Below are positions 44,641 through 54,487 of a DNA stretch of 64,000 nt, piece by piece; position 1 is the first letter of the stretch, and each line of letters starts with the position of its first letter. Origin of the DNA: Candidatus Diapherotrites archaeon ADurb.Bin253 (GTDB lineage Archaea > Nanobdellota > Nanobdellia > Pacearchaeales > GW2011-AR1); assembly GCA_002069705.1 (NCBI GenBank), contig MWBV01000003.1, positions 927 to 64,926 on the forward strand, given 5' to 3'. The translations under genes were made by a program, and so were the position numbers. Below the pieces are notes generated by a model, which saw nothing but the letters and a program-made list of their open reading frames with translations, was not told the origin of the DNA and made no database searches.

Positions 44641-45299
44641 GATTATTGCAAAGCAGGAAGAGAGTATTTTGGGAGGCTTTAATTTTAACTATAGTTGTCT
44701 TTTTGTTTGGACTTTTAATAGGTATTTTTTATGAATCAACAAAGTCTTCAGATATGAATGAATATTATGTTAATTCTGAACTTTCATTGATGGATATATT
44801 TGCTTTAAATTCTCTTTTATCAATCAATTCTCAGAATTGTGATGTTCTAACTTCTTCAAATTTGGAATTTGCAGACAAAATTTATCAAGAAGCAGTTATA
44901 CTTGAGAAATACGAATCTGTGGGAAAAGTTACTGAACATATGGAAGTAGTTCATAAAAGGTATGATGTGTTAAGAACTTTTTTATGGATAAACACTATAA
45001 AAACATCTGAAAAGTGCGAAAAAGATTATTCTACTGTGGTTTATCTTTATGAATATTTTTCTAAAGATTTAACTCAGAAAGCAAAGCAAAATGTATGGTC
45101 AAAAATATTGTCTGATTTAAAACAAGAACAAGGAAGGAATATACTTTTAATACCTATAGCTTCAGATACTAACCTTTCTTCTTTGAATGCTTTAACTGCT
45201 AAATTTAATATTACAAGTTACCCTGTTGTTATCATCAATGAAAAGCATGTAATTTCTGACCTTAGCTCTGTTCAAGAGCTTGAAAGATATTTGAAGTAG
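44634..45299 (+). CDS. Membrane-anchored hypothetical protein overlapping the stop of the GT2 gene
   Basis: 221 aa. There is an ATGGTAA start/stop overlap (7 nt). It has an N-terminal TM (ALILTIVVFLFGLLIGIF) and a C-terminus with a thioredoxin-fold-like ending (...SYPVVIINEKHVISD) but no CxxC. Confidence 0.5.
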   Translation: MVRLLQSRKRVFWEALILTIVVFLFGLLIGIFYESTKSSDMNEYYVNSELSLMDIFALNSLLSINSQNCDVLTSSNLEFADKIYQEAVILEKYESVGKVTEHMEVVHKRYDVLRTFLWINTIKTSEKCEKDYSTVVYLYEYFSKDLTQKAKQNVWSKILSDLKQEQGRNILLIPIASDTNLSSLNALTAKFNITSYPVVIINEKHVISDLSSVQELERYLK

Positions 45300-45370
45300 T
45301 TTTTTGTTTGGTTTTTTTATTAATTTTAATAATACAAATATTAAAAAAGGGATAATTACTAAGATTTTTT

Positions 45371-46195
45371 ATGAAAGAATGTTTTCGCTGTGGGGTTTCT
45401 GAGGAAAGAGAAAGATTGTTCGACGCTATTTCAGGAAAAGGTGTCATAAAATTATGTAAAAATTGCGCTCATGATGAGGGTTTGCCTTTAGTCCAACCAG
45501 TTGATTTAAATAGACCTGAAAAGACAAGAACAGTTTATGAAAGACTTTCAGATATGGCTAAATTAGATCCTGAAAAACATAGGAGTATTCTTCTTGAAAA
45601 GGCTAAGCAGGATTCAATGAGAAGGTATAAAAGACAGGATACTACCTTAAAAGGAGTTGTGGATACTAATTTTCAGAAAAATAAACCTCAACCTAGAAAA
45701 GATTTGATTCCAAATTTTCATTGGGTTATTATGAGAGCCAGAAGAGCTAAGAAACTTACTCAAAAACAATTAGCAGAAAATCTTGGAGAACCAGAATCTT
45801 TGATTATTAGTGCTGAATCAGGAGTTATTTTGAATAATGCAGATAGTCTTGTAAGGAAACTTGAAAATTATCTTGGAATAAAGATTAGGAATATTGAAAG
45901 CCCTTATACTTCTGATGTTTCTAAGGATTTAGCTGTTGGAACAAATGAGGACCCTGCTTTAAGAGAAGCCAGAGAGAGATTTGAAAGAGAAGAGGGTAGC
46001 TTTGATAAGGAAACAACAGAGAATTTAACTATTTCTGATTTACAGGAAATAAACAAGAAAAAAGAATCAGAAGGTAAAGGAGGATTATTTTCATTTTTTA
46101 GAAGAAAGAAAAAGAAATCACAAGAAGAAGCTGTTCCAAATCCTGAAGAAGGAATCTCAAGTGAAGAAGCAGATAGAATACTTTTTGGTAACTAA
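45371..46195 (+). CDS. Zinc-ribbon + XRE-type HTH protein (aMBF1-like) with a long charged C-terminal extension
   Basis: 274 aa. CFRCG...CKNC, then HTH IMRARRAKKLTQKQLAENLGEPESLIISAESG. Confidence 0.55.
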   Translation: MKECFRCGVSEERERLFDAISGKGVIKLCKNCAHDEGLPLVQPVDLNRPEKTRTVYERLSDMAKLDPEKHRSILLEKAKQDSMRRYKRQDTTLKGVVDTNFQKNKPQPRKDLIPNFHWVIMRARRAKKLTQKQLAENLGEPESLIISAESGVILNNADSLVRKLENYLGIKIRNIESPYTSDVSKDLAVGTNEDPALREARERFEREEGSFDKETTENLTISDLQEINKKKESEGKGGLFSFFRRKKKKSQEEAVPNPEEGISSEEADRILFGN

Positions 46196-46249
46196 TCACT
46201 AAAAAATACTATAAGTAAAGTTTTTAAACTAATTTTATGATAAACTATC

Positions 46250-46513
46250 ATGGAAATGGATATTCTTAAGGACTCAAAGGAAGAAATTGAAGTTGAAATG
46301 GAAAGTCTTACTTTGGTGGAAATATTGAGGGTTTATTTAAATAAGGATTCTGCAGTTACATTTGCTGCTTGGAAAAGGGAACACCCTACAAAAAAACCTA
46401 TCTTAGCTGTTAAAACTAAGGGAAAGAGTGCTAAGAAAGCTTTAAGTGATGCTGTTGATGCAATTACAAAAGATTTGAATAAAATTGAAGACGATTTTAA
46501 AAAATTAAAGTAA
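46250..46513 (+). CDS. rpoL: DNA-directed RNA polymerase subunit L (Rpo11)
   Basis: 87 aa. ...IEVEMESLTLVEILRVYLNKDSAVTFAAWKREHPTKKPILAVKTKG...AKKALSDAVDAI matches the Rpo11/RpoL pattern, with HT replaced by LT. Confidence 0.55.
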   Translation: MEMDILKDSKEEIEVEMESLTLVEILRVYLNKDSAVTFAAWKREHPTKKPILAVKTKGKSAKKALSDAVDAITKDLNKIEDDFKKLK

Positions 46514-46554
46514 ATACAATAATACTTATTAATTCTATAGTTAATTAGATTTTT

Positions 46555-47289
46555 ATGAAAACAGAAAAAATATCTACAGGAAGTTATGATTTTAATACTT
46601 GGTTGTATGGAGGATATGAAAAAGACATTATAACTATGATTGCAGGCCCTCCTGGTTGTGGAAAAACTAATTTTGTAATATTGGCTTCGTGTAGTCAGGC
46701 TAAAAAAGGAAATAAAGTTATTTTTGTGGATACAGAAGGAGGATTTAGTGTTGAAAGAGTTAGACAGATTGTAGGTTCTGAGAATTATGAATCTGTTCTG
46801 AATAATATTTTTCTTTTGAAACCAACTAGTTTTGAAGAACAGAAAAAAGATTTTGTTAAATTACTTGGACTTGTTAAAAAGGATGATATTGGTTTAATTG
46901 TTGTTGATGGAATGGCTATGCTTTATAGATTGGAAATTGGAGATGCACATAATTCTGGAGATGATGAAAGAGTTAAAGTAGTCAACAGAGAGATTGCCAA
47001 ACAAATGAGGATATTTGCAGAGATTTCAAGGAAGCAAAACATTCCCATAATCATCACAAATCAAGTTTATCTGGAATTTCTTCCAGAAGGAGATTTTAAA
47101 AAAGGAGTTGAAAGGAACACAAATATTGTTGGAGGAGATTTGTTCAAGTATTGGAGTAAATGTATAATTGAATTAAAGAATGATAATGGAAAGAGAAAGG
47201 CAGTTCTTTTAAAACATAGGAATTTGCCTCAAAAAGAAATAGGATTTATAATTAAAAATGAAGGTATATTCAAGAAAAGGTGGATTTAG
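46555..47289 (+). CDS. radB: RadB-type recombinase paralog
   Basis: 244 aa. ISTGSYDFNTWLYGGYEKDIITMIAGPPGCGKTNF (Walker A), VIFVDTEGGFSVERVRQI, Walker B LIVVDG. Confidence 0.7.
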   Translation: MKTEKISTGSYDFNTWLYGGYEKDIITMIAGPPGCGKTNFVILASCSQAKKGNKVIFVDTEGGFSVERVRQIVGSENYESVLNNIFLLKPTSFEEQKKDFVKLLGLVKKDDIGLIVVDGMAMLYRLEIGDAHNSGDDERVKVVNREIAKQMRIFAEISRKQNIPIIITNQVYLEFLPEGDFKKGVERNTNIVGGDLFKYWSKCIIELKNDNGKRKAVLLKHRNLPQKEIGFIIKNEGIFKKRWI

Positions 47290-47852
47290 TTGTTTTTATT
47301 TTTTCTTTCAGAGTAAAGGAAGGTAACAATCATTCCCATTATAAATAATCCAATTCCTATTAAGTTGTGAGAGCTTAAAGGAAATTGTGCTATTGTATTT
47401 CCTGTTATTCTTCCAGAGAAGAATACAAAAGAAAATAAAAATGTGCAAAAAGCAAGCATAACAAGGAATTTATCTTCAAGAGAATGAGTTTCTTTTTTCT
47501 TTAATAGTTCTTCTTCTTTTTCTGAAGAATTTGATTTTTTATAATATTCTATTGCTTTATCATCTTCATGATAAATTTTTGCTATATCTCCTAGTTTTTC
47601 CCAAATTTTTTCTGCCTTTTCATCTAATCCAGCTTTCTTATAATAACCAGCTGCTTCTTGAAAATTCTCTTTTTTAAGGAATAAATCTCCTAGAGTTTCA
47701 TAATATGCTTTTTGAGTGTTTGGATTAGTTGAATTTATTTTTGGTTCTATATATTGCAAAAATTCTATTTTTTCAGAAGTTGTTTGAAATCTTTCTAATT
47801 TTTTGGAGATATCTTCCTTACTCATCCCCTCCGAATTTCCCCTTTCTTCCAT
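47286..47852 (-). CDS. TPR-like repeat protein with two C-terminal TM helices
   Basis: 188 aa. It has repeated AxxYYKKA-type helices and then hydrophobic segments. Confidence 0.4.
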   Translation of the reverse strand: MEERGNSEGMSKEDISKKLERFQTTSEKIEFLQYIEPKINSTNPNTQKAYYETLGDLFLKKENFQEAAGYYKKAGLDEKAEKIWEKLGDIAKIYHEDDKAIEYYKKSNSSEKEEELLKKKETHSLEDKFLVMLAFCTFLFSFVFFSGRITGNTIAQFPLSSHNLIGIGLFIMGMIVTFLYSERKNKNN

Positions 47853-47964
47853 TATTTAACTAACCTTTTTTCATTTAAATAGGTTATGAATTTTTATTTT
47901 TTGTTTTGTTGTAATTTATTAAGTAGTTACAAACTCATTTAAAGATTCTTTTTGTTTATGACTT

Positions 47965-49176
47965 ATGACAGAGGCGATAAAATTTGAAACAGTTAAGAAA
48001 GTTGCAGATGTTAGTTTTAAAATTAAAGATTTAAGTAAGATTTCTAAGGTAGATTCTATCTCTCCTCCAAGTGTGTTTATTGGAAGCAAATTAAAATATC
48101 CCTTGGTTAATGTTGGAATATTAAGTCCATTAAACAAAGACAATAATGCCTGGCTTTATGATGATGCAAAATATTGGGCAGAAAATAATCTTAATATAGA
48201 AGAGGTTATGAGTTTGAGAAATGGGCTTCTTAACTCAAGATTTCAGGCTAAAGTTAGTGATATTAGATTAAATAAGAAATTTGTTGAGGTTGCTAAAGAT
48301 GTTGCTATATCTTCAAAACAGGTTGATGTTGAAATTGAATTAAAAAACAGACTTATTGTTGGAAGAGAGAAAGATAAAATCTTAACTCCTCATGGAATGA
48401 GGGCTGGTTTAAAGAATGTAGCGATAACAGGTAATGTTAAAGTTGAAAAGCAAGTAGATAAAGTGATAAATGACGAGATTAAGGCATCAGAAGCAATTGA
48501 ATTTTTATATAAAAATGAATTTAATGAATATACTTTAAGTAAAATATTGAGTGTTGGTGTTATAGGTTTAGCAAAAAATAAAAAGTTAGTTCCAACAAGG
48601 TGGAGCATCACTGCAACAGATGATATTTTAGGTAAGAAATTTTTGGAGAATATACGTCAATATCCTTGGATAGAGAATTATGAATTATTTTTTGGAGAGT
48701 TTATGGGGAATCAATACATTATACTTATGTTTCCAAGTTCTTGGAGTTATGAGTTATTTGAATTATATTTACCTCATAGTTCATGGAATCCAAGTCAAGA
48801 AATTAAAGCATCTACTGATATTGAGGGTTATGGAGGAAGAAAGAGTTATGCATTTGATACTGCAGGAGGATATTATGCTTCTCGTTTTTCAATTCTTGAA
48901 TATTTAAATTTAATTAAAAGGCAAGCAAGTGTAATTGCAATAAGAGTTGAAACTCCTAGTTATTGGGCGTCTCTAGGAGTGTGGGTAGTAAGAGAATCTG
49001 TTAAGAAGGCTTTGAAAAGAGAGATGAAGTTTGCAGATAGAAGTGAACTTTTAGAGAGTGTTAAAAAAATAGGTAAAATAAAATATAATTTTGATTTTGA
49101 AAATATTTTGAATAGGAGCAAACTTTTAAGAGAAAAAAAGGAACAAAAAAGTTTAAAGGATTTTGTTAAGATATAA
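47965..49176 (+). CDS. Nre-family (DUF650/DUF651) putative DNA-repair protein
   Basis: 403 aa. PPSVFIGSKLKYPLVNVGILSP resembles the DUF650 core I recall (PsVFVG..YP.V..GP). The C-terminal half has TRWSITATDD. Confidence 0.5.
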   Translation: MTEAIKFETVKKVADVSFKIKDLSKISKVDSISPPSVFIGSKLKYPLVNVGILSPLNKDNNAWLYDDAKYWAENNLNIEEVMSLRNGLLNSRFQAKVSDIRLNKKFVEVAKDVAISSKQVDVEIELKNRLIVGREKDKILTPHGMRAGLKNVAITGNVKVEKQVDKVINDEIKASEAIEFLYKNEFNEYTLSKILSVGVIGLAKNKKLVPTRWSITATDDILGKKFLENIRQYPWIENYELFFGEFMGNQYIILMFPSSWSYELFELYLPHSSWNPSQEIKASTDIEGYGGRKSYAFDTAGGYYASRFSILEYLNLIKRQASVIAIRVETPSYWASLGVWVVRESVKKALKREMKFADRSELLESVKKIGKIKYNFDFENILNRSKLLREKKEQKSLKDFVKI

Positions 49177-49177
49177 T

Positions 49178-51577
49178 TTATTCTTGTTTTTCTGCTTCAG
49201 CTTCTTCTTTTTTTGCTGCTGATTTTTCAGCCCATTCTTTATTTGTTGGACATTGAGGATTAAAACAAAATGTCCATGGTTTTTTACCTTTGGATAATCT
49301 TGTTAGCATAGGCCAATTACATTCTTCACATATTTTATCTGATTTTGTTATGTTTCCATTTGGGGGTAAACTATAAGTGTTTCTACAATCAGGATAAGCA
49401 TTACAACTTACAAAGAATCTTCTTGTTTTCTTGGAATAGTTTATAGATAAATCTCCTTTTCCACATTTTGGACATCTTATCAATGCATTCTCTCTTTTTT
49501 GCTGTTCTCTGTATTCTATGTTTGCATCAATTAGTTCTTGTCCTATTTTATTTTTATTTTTCTCAAAATCTTTTGAAATCTCTGTTATTGTTGTTTTTGC
49601 TTTATTTATTATTTCTTCTTCTTTTTTTTCTTGTTTTGTTTTTATGTGCATTCTTTGAATGTTTTCCATTCCTATTTCAAAATCTCTTGTTAGTTTTTCA
49701 TCTATAATTATTGGAGAGTATTTTTTTAAAGTGTTTATGAGAGATATGCCTAATGGGGTTGCTTGTATGCTTTGTCCTTGGACATATCCTCTGTCATATA
49801 ATGTTTCTAGTATTGAAGAACGAGTGGCCTTTGTTCCTAGATTTCTTTTTTCTAATTCTGAGATTATTGATGCTGGAGAGTATCTTTTTGGAGGTTGTGT
49901 TTCTTTTTGTTCTGTTCTTGAATCAATTATCTGTGCTTTTCCTTGCATGTCTGGTATTTCTTCTTCTTTTAATTTTGTCGGATAAATCTCCATCCAGGAT
50001 TTTCTTGCTATGGACTGTCCTCTTTTTGAAAAAACTAAATCATTTAATGTTGCTTTGACTGTTTTATTATCTATTAATGCATCTTCACAAAATAAACTCA
50101 AGAATCTCTTTACTATTAACTTGTATATCTTTTCTTCATCTCCTGAAAGAATTTGTGTATTTCCTGTTGGATAAATTGAAGGATGTGCTGGGTCTGTTTT
50201 ACTTCCTTCTATTGGTTTATCCCTTTTTATTAATTTTTCAGTTTTGAATATTTTTGCAAGTTTGTTTAGAATTTCTTTATATCCAATTGATGGAGGGAGT
50301 TTTTGAGAAGAAGTTCTTGGATAAGAGATTAACCCTGCAAGATATAAAGATTGGGCTATTTGTAATGTTCTTGAAGGAGTTATCCCATAAAACTTATATG
50401 CTTCTGTTTGAAGTGTTGTTAAATTAAATGGAGAGGGGGGAGAAACCTTTTCTTGCTTTTTTATTAATTCAACATCTACTTCTTTTCCTTTCAAATCTTT
50501 GAATTTTTCTAATTGTGATTTGTTGAATATGTCTTTTGTGTGTTTTAATTCAAGTTTATTTTTTTTATCAGAAATTGTAATAAATATTTGCCAATAAGGT
50601 TTTGGTTTGAATGCAGCTATTTCTTTTTCTTTTTGTACAATCAAGTGAAGTGCAGGACCTTGAACTCTTCCTATTGACATTATCTTAAACTTGCCTGTTG
50701 TTTTTATAGCGTTCATTAATGCTCTTGAAAGATTTATACCATAGAACCAATCTAAGTAATGTCTAGTTTCTCCTGCAATTGCTTGCCCCCAATTTATATT
50801 TGGAGATTTGTTATCGTATGCTTTCTCAAGTTCAGTTTTGGTAAGGGTTGAGAATTTCATACGAGATGCATCTTGTTGGTTGCAAATATATCTTACGATA
50901 TTTAATCCTATTACTTCTCCTTCTATATCATAATCTGTAGCCACTGTTATTGATGAAGCTTCTTTTGCTAGTTTTAATATTGAATCATAATATCTTTTTG
51001 TGAAGTCCCCTCTTTTTGCTAAAAAATTAGGAATCCAAGAAATATCAAATACTGGAATTTGGTATCCTCCGTTTTTTTGTTTAAGCGTGAATAAATGTCC
51101 AACTGCACATGCAACTAATATTTTTTTGTTTCCTCTTTTAACTTCATAATGAGGTACTTTATTGAAATTTTTTTGAGTTGGACTTCCGAGAGCACTTGCA
51201 ATTTTAAGTGCTGCCTGCGGTTTTTCTGTTATGATTAACTCATATCCATTTTCTCTTAATTTTATTTTTGGATGAGAATATTCTTCTGCTTTTTTGGATT
51301 TTTTTACTTTCTTTTTTAACACAATAAATTTCTCAACTTTTTCTATTTGTTTTTTTGAGGGTTTTTTGTAATGTTTTTCAATTGCCCCTTGAGTTATTAT
51401 CTCTGTTGGAGTTGTTTTAACAGGTTTTTCAGTTATATTTTTTAGAATATTCTGTTTTGGTAAAGCTTTTTTTACTTTTTTTTCAGTTGCATATTTTAAA
51501 TCTCTTTTATCAACTCTGAAGTTCCCTTCTATAGCCAACTCTTCTTTTGTCTTTTTTTTCTTTTTCTTTATCGCCAT
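49178..51577 (-). CDS. topA: DNA topoisomerase, type IA (TopA/Topo III-like), with a Lys-rich N-terminal extension and C-terminal zinc ribbons
   Basis: 799 aa. TOPRIM (LIITEKPQAALKIASAL, ATDYDIEGE), the active-site region ISYPRTSSQ, and C-terminal CPKCG...C...C and CEEC modules. Confidence 0.9.
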   Translation of the reverse strand: MAIKKKKKKTKEELAIEGNFRVDKRDLKYATEKKVKKALPKQNILKNITEKPVKTTPTEIITQGAIEKHYKKPSKKQIEKVEKFIVLKKKVKKSKKAEEYSHPKIKLRENGYELIITEKPQAALKIASALGSPTQKNFNKVPHYEVKRGNKKILVACAVGHLFTLKQKNGGYQIPVFDISWIPNFLAKRGDFTKRYYDSILKLAKEASSITVATDYDIEGEVIGLNIVRYICNQQDASRMKFSTLTKTELEKAYDNKSPNINWGQAIAGETRHYLDWFYGINLSRALMNAIKTTGKFKIMSIGRVQGPALHLIVQKEKEIAAFKPKPYWQIFITISDKKNKLELKHTKDIFNKSQLEKFKDLKGKEVDVELIKKQEKVSPPSPFNLTTLQTEAYKFYGITPSRTLQIAQSLYLAGLISYPRTSSQKLPPSIGYKEILNKLAKIFKTEKLIKRDKPIEGSKTDPAHPSIYPTGNTQILSGDEEKIYKLIVKRFLSLFCEDALIDNKTVKATLNDLVFSKRGQSIARKSWMEIYPTKLKEEEIPDMQGKAQIIDSRTEQKETQPPKRYSPASIISELEKRNLGTKATRSSILETLYDRGYVQGQSIQATPLGISLINTLKKYSPIIIDEKLTRDFEIGMENIQRMHIKTKQEKKEEEIINKAKTTITEISKDFEKNKNKIGQELIDANIEYREQQKRENALIRCPKCGKGDLSINYSKKTRRFFVSCNAYPDCRNTYSLPPNGNITKSDKICEECNWPMLTRLSKGKKPWTFCFNPQCPTNKEWAEKSAAKKEEAEAEKQE

Positions 51578-51632
51578 TTTTGTTGCTTTCTTAGAATTAA
51601 TGTGTTTTTTGTGTTTTTATAAATTTTGTGTG

Positions 51633-52256
51633 TCAGATTTCAAATATTTTTGGCTTTCTTCCTACATGAATTATTTTTGTTTTACCTATTTTTTCTTGTA
51701 ATCCTCCTGCTTCATGTATATGTGCTGAAATTAAAATATCTGGTTTGAATTCTTTTATTGCTTTTTTAACTGCATTTGACCCAGGAAAACCTGAGAATTC
51801 AGCTACACTTCCTTTAGGATGAGCATGAGTTACCATTATCTTTTTTTTAGAATCTTTTATTTTTTCATTTCCTTTTTTTAATACTTTAAATATTTCTTCA
51901 TCTTCTATGAAAAATGGTCCTGTAGATGGTTCGTATCCAGAACCGAAGATTCCAAGGTCACCTTTTCTTACAGAATATCCATGCACGTGTTTTGTTCCTT
52001 CGTAGATTTGAGTTAATGTATTTATTGTGGACATAGTTTCATGATTTCCAGGTATTAATACAACTTCTTTTTTTTCTTTTACAAAAGGCCCTATAAGATT
52101 TTTTGTTGATTTTTCAAGGAAAGTTAAGTCTCCTGCAAGAATAACTAAATCAACTTCTTCATCTTTTGCTTTTTTTGCTAATCTCTCAACAAACTTTGTA
52201 TCTCCATGAATATCTCCTACTGCAAGAATTTTTGTTTTCTTATTTCCCTTTTTCAT
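51633..52256 (-). CDS. Metallophosphoesterase (YfcE/MJ0936-like)
   Basis: Motifs ILAVGDIHGD, LAGDL, GNHE, THAHP, SAHIHE. Confidence 0.75.
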   Translation of the reverse strand: MKKGNKKTKILAVGDIHGDTKFVERLAKKAKDEEVDLVILAGDLTFLEKSTKNLIGPFVKEKKEVVLIPGNHETMSTINTLTQIYEGTKHVHGYSVRKGDLGIFGSGYEPSTGPFFIEDEEIFKVLKKGNEKIKDSKKKIMVTHAHPKGSVAEFSGFPGSNAVKKAIKEFKPDILISAHIHEAGGLQEKIGKTKIIHVGRKPKIFEI

Positions 52257-52430
52257 TGACTATAAAATATAAGTGAGTTAATAAGATTTTTTATTTTTAT
52301 TTTGTTGTAATTATGAAATCATTAAATTGTTAAATTTTCATCAAAATTATGTAGTGAATATATACATTACAAAACATTTAAAAGGATGATATTGTCTGGA
52401 TATATACATTAAATAAGACACCTCAATAAG

Positions 52431-52709
52431 ATGGAACAAGGAAAGAAAGACAATTTTGATATCTTTTTCAGAAGGAAGCCAGCTTTAATGCTTGTTTCTT
52501 TGAAGAAGAATACTCGAATGAGGTATGGTAGTATTTTGGCTAAGGAAGTGGATTGCACTTATAGCCATGCAGTGAAAATTCTGCAGACTTTGGAAGAACT
52601 TAAGTTAGTGGAGTTTGAAAAAAAGGGGAGAATTAAGGTGATAAAACTAACTAAGAAGGGAATTGAAGTTGCAGAGGCTATTGAAAATATTCAAAAGCTA
52701 ATAAGATAA
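52431..52709 (+). CDS. Small winged-helix DNA-binding protein (ArsR/MarR-like)
   Basis: 92 aa. RYGSILAKEVDCTYSHAVKILQTLEELKLVEFEKKGRIKVIKLTKKG shows an HTH-plus-wing pattern. Confidence 0.55.
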   Translation: MEQGKKDNFDIFFRRKPALMLVSLKKNTRMRYGSILAKEVDCTYSHAVKILQTLEELKLVEFEKKGRIKVIKLTKKGIEVAEAIENIQKLIR

Positions 52710-52814
52710 GATTGCATTGAGGTGATTACTAAATACCCCTGTTGCGAATGGAATTCAAATAGTTTTATTTGAAATGATAGCAATTTTTATTAACTCTTTT
52801 TATTTTTTTTATTT

Positions 52815-53165
52815 ATGGTTAGCAGTAGTTATAAAGGAATAAAGTTCCCTCCTTTAACAAATAAAGAAATAGAAGAAAAATATAAAGAAGCTGAAGAAGA
52901 GATGCAGGAAGTTTTGGAGTGGAAAAAAGAAGAGGAAGCAAGACTTAAAGATAAAAAATCAAAACCTCAGGCAATTAGTGCTGCGAAAAGAGCTTTAATA
53001 AAAGTTGAAAGAAGAATAAATACTGTTAATGGAAATTTAATTTATTGGAAATTAAGAAAAGAAGGAAAGAGTCATTTTTATGCAAATCTTGAAAGAAATG
53101 AATATTGGGATAAGCTGAAGAATGGAAATTCTGGGAATGATGATAAAGAAAGTGAAGATGATTAA
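52815..53165 (+). CDS. Hypothetical charged protein (116 aa)
   Basis: ORF only. Confidence 0.35.
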   Translation: MVSSSYKGIKFPPLTNKEIEEKYKEAEEEMQEVLEWKKEEEARLKDKKSKPQAISAAKRALIKVERRINTVNGNLIYWKLRKEGKSHFYANLERNEYWDKLKNGNSGNDDKESEDD

Positions 53166-53173
53166 AAAAGAAG

Positions 53174-53248
53174 TGACCCCGATGGGATTTGAACCCACGA
53201 CACCTAGATTAAGAGTCTAGTGCTCTAACCAGGCTGAGCTACGGAGTC
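53174..53248 (-). tRNA. tRNA-Lys(CUU)
   Basis: The reverse complement reads GACTCCG-TA-GCTC-AGCCTGGTTA-GAGC-A-CTAGA-CTCTTAA-TCTAG-GTGTC-GTGGG-TTCAAAT-CCCAT-CGGGGTC-A. It is 75 nt. Confidence 0.9.
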
Positions 53249-53331
53249 CTGGTATATAAATTAATTAGAAATAAATTGTTTAAAAAGATGTTGTTAAATT
53301 TAATATTTAAGCATTCTCTATTTTTTAGTAT

Positions 53332-53637
53332 CTATCTATATTCTCTCCAAGTGTGATTACACTTAGTGCATTTGAAGAATTTTGTTTCTGCTTCATCTCC
53401 TGCACGTGTCTGGCTTGTCCAGAAATAAGCTTTATCATTTCCACATTTTTTGCATTTTTCAACAACTAGAGGTAATGTATTCATTTCTTTTTTAACTACT
53501 GCAACTTTGCTTTTTTCTTCTATCTTTTCAGAAGTTTTTATTTTTAATTTTTCTTTTGTAGAATAATCACATCTTGCACAACCATAATTCTTTCTTTTTT
53601 GGATTAAAACTGCTCCGCATTTAGGACAAAATTCCAT
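53332..53637 (-). CDS. tfs: Transcription factor S (TFS / RNAP subunit M-like)
   Basis: 101 aa. N-terminal ribbon CPKCG...CARC and C-terminal ribbon CKKCG...CTKC, with the acidic loop QTRAGDEAET. Confidence 0.85.
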   Translation of the reverse strand: MEFCPKCGAVLIQKRKNYGCARCDYSTKEKLKIKTSEKIEEKSKVAVVKKEMNTLPLVVEKCKKCGNDKAYFWTSQTRAGDEAETKFFKCTKCNHTWREYR

Positions 53638-53709
53638 TGTTTATTTTTACTCTCCTTTAACTTCTTTTTTTAAATTTATTTTCTTTATAAAACTTCTTGT
53701 TGTTTACTT

Positions 53710-54348
53710 TTAATTTTCATCACACATTCCCCTTTCAGATGGGGTTCTTAAATGTTCATAAAATATCAATTTAATCCAACCTACTGAAGGAAGTATGTTT
53801 GCAGCAGCTTTTCCTACTAATTGGTCTTCACTTATAGATTTTTCTCCACTTATTTGTCCGTAATTGTTATCTCCTATTGTTGAAAAGATATACTTTCCGT
53901 TTTCTTGTCTTATTTCAATTATTCTATGTATTACTGGATTTTTTTGGTCGCTTTCAAAGATTATTATGTCTCCTACTTCTAGTTTTTCAGGTTTTGTTCC
54001 TACTATAAACACTATATCTCCTTTACTGAACCCTTTTTTAAGAGGAAATTCTTGAAATTGAGTTTTGTCTATATTTAATGAAGAGTATTTTATCTCGTGT
54101 CTATCCCACCAACTATTGAAATTTCCAAATACATTTCCTGAGTGATACATGCTACAAGATTCAACTATTGCAAGAGGAAGAGTTGTTCCTGTTACTAAAT
54201 TTAATAGAGGGAAGAAAATGAGTTTTATAACTATAAATATAAAAAGAAGAGAAATTAACCATCCTTTGAAACTATCGTCTTTCCAGACTATTTCCCAGAA
54301 CCTTTTTAAGAATTTTTTAAATTTACTTTTGTTCCCACCTCTAGTCAT
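53710..54348 (-). CDS. Signal peptidase I, archaeal/eukaryotic Sec11 type (S26B)
   Basis: 212 aa. TM anchor, the Ser motif VESCSMYH, GDIVFI, and the His box VIHRI. Confidence 0.7.
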   Translation of the reverse strand: MTRGGNKSKFKKFLKRFWEIVWKDDSFKGWLISLLFIFIVIKLIFFPLLNLVTGTTLPLAIVESCSMYHSGNVFGNFNSWWDRHEIKYSSLNIDKTQFQEFPLKKGFSKGDIVFIVGTKPEKLEVGDIIIFESDQKNPVIHRIIEIRQENGKYIFSTIGDNNYGQISGEKSISEDQLVGKAAANILPSVGWIKLIFYEHLRTPSERGMCDEN

Positions 54349-54487
54349 TAGAGTAAAGATGAATTAAGGTTTTTAAAATGTTAGTTTGTTTTTTATTTGA
54401 TTTATATTTTTCAAGAATAGAAATATTTAAATAGTATACATTTCTTTGTGTATACGTAATGTATATACAAAACCTCTTTTCAACCCA

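Noticed and set aside
52358-52411. Direct 12-mer repeat ATATATACATTA, 42 nt apart, upstream of the winged-helix gene
   Set aside because: The proximal copy sits exactly where the gene's own TATA box should be (31 nt from the ATG). The repeat may simply be two TATA-like boxes in AT-rich DNA rather than an operator. I could not separate these possibilities by eye.
52754-52773. AT-only 8-bp hairpin TTCAAATA-GTTT-TATTTGAA after the winged-helix gene
   Set aside because: Such AT palindromes are expected by chance in DNA this AT-rich. There is no adjacent strong T-run pattern beyond the general background.
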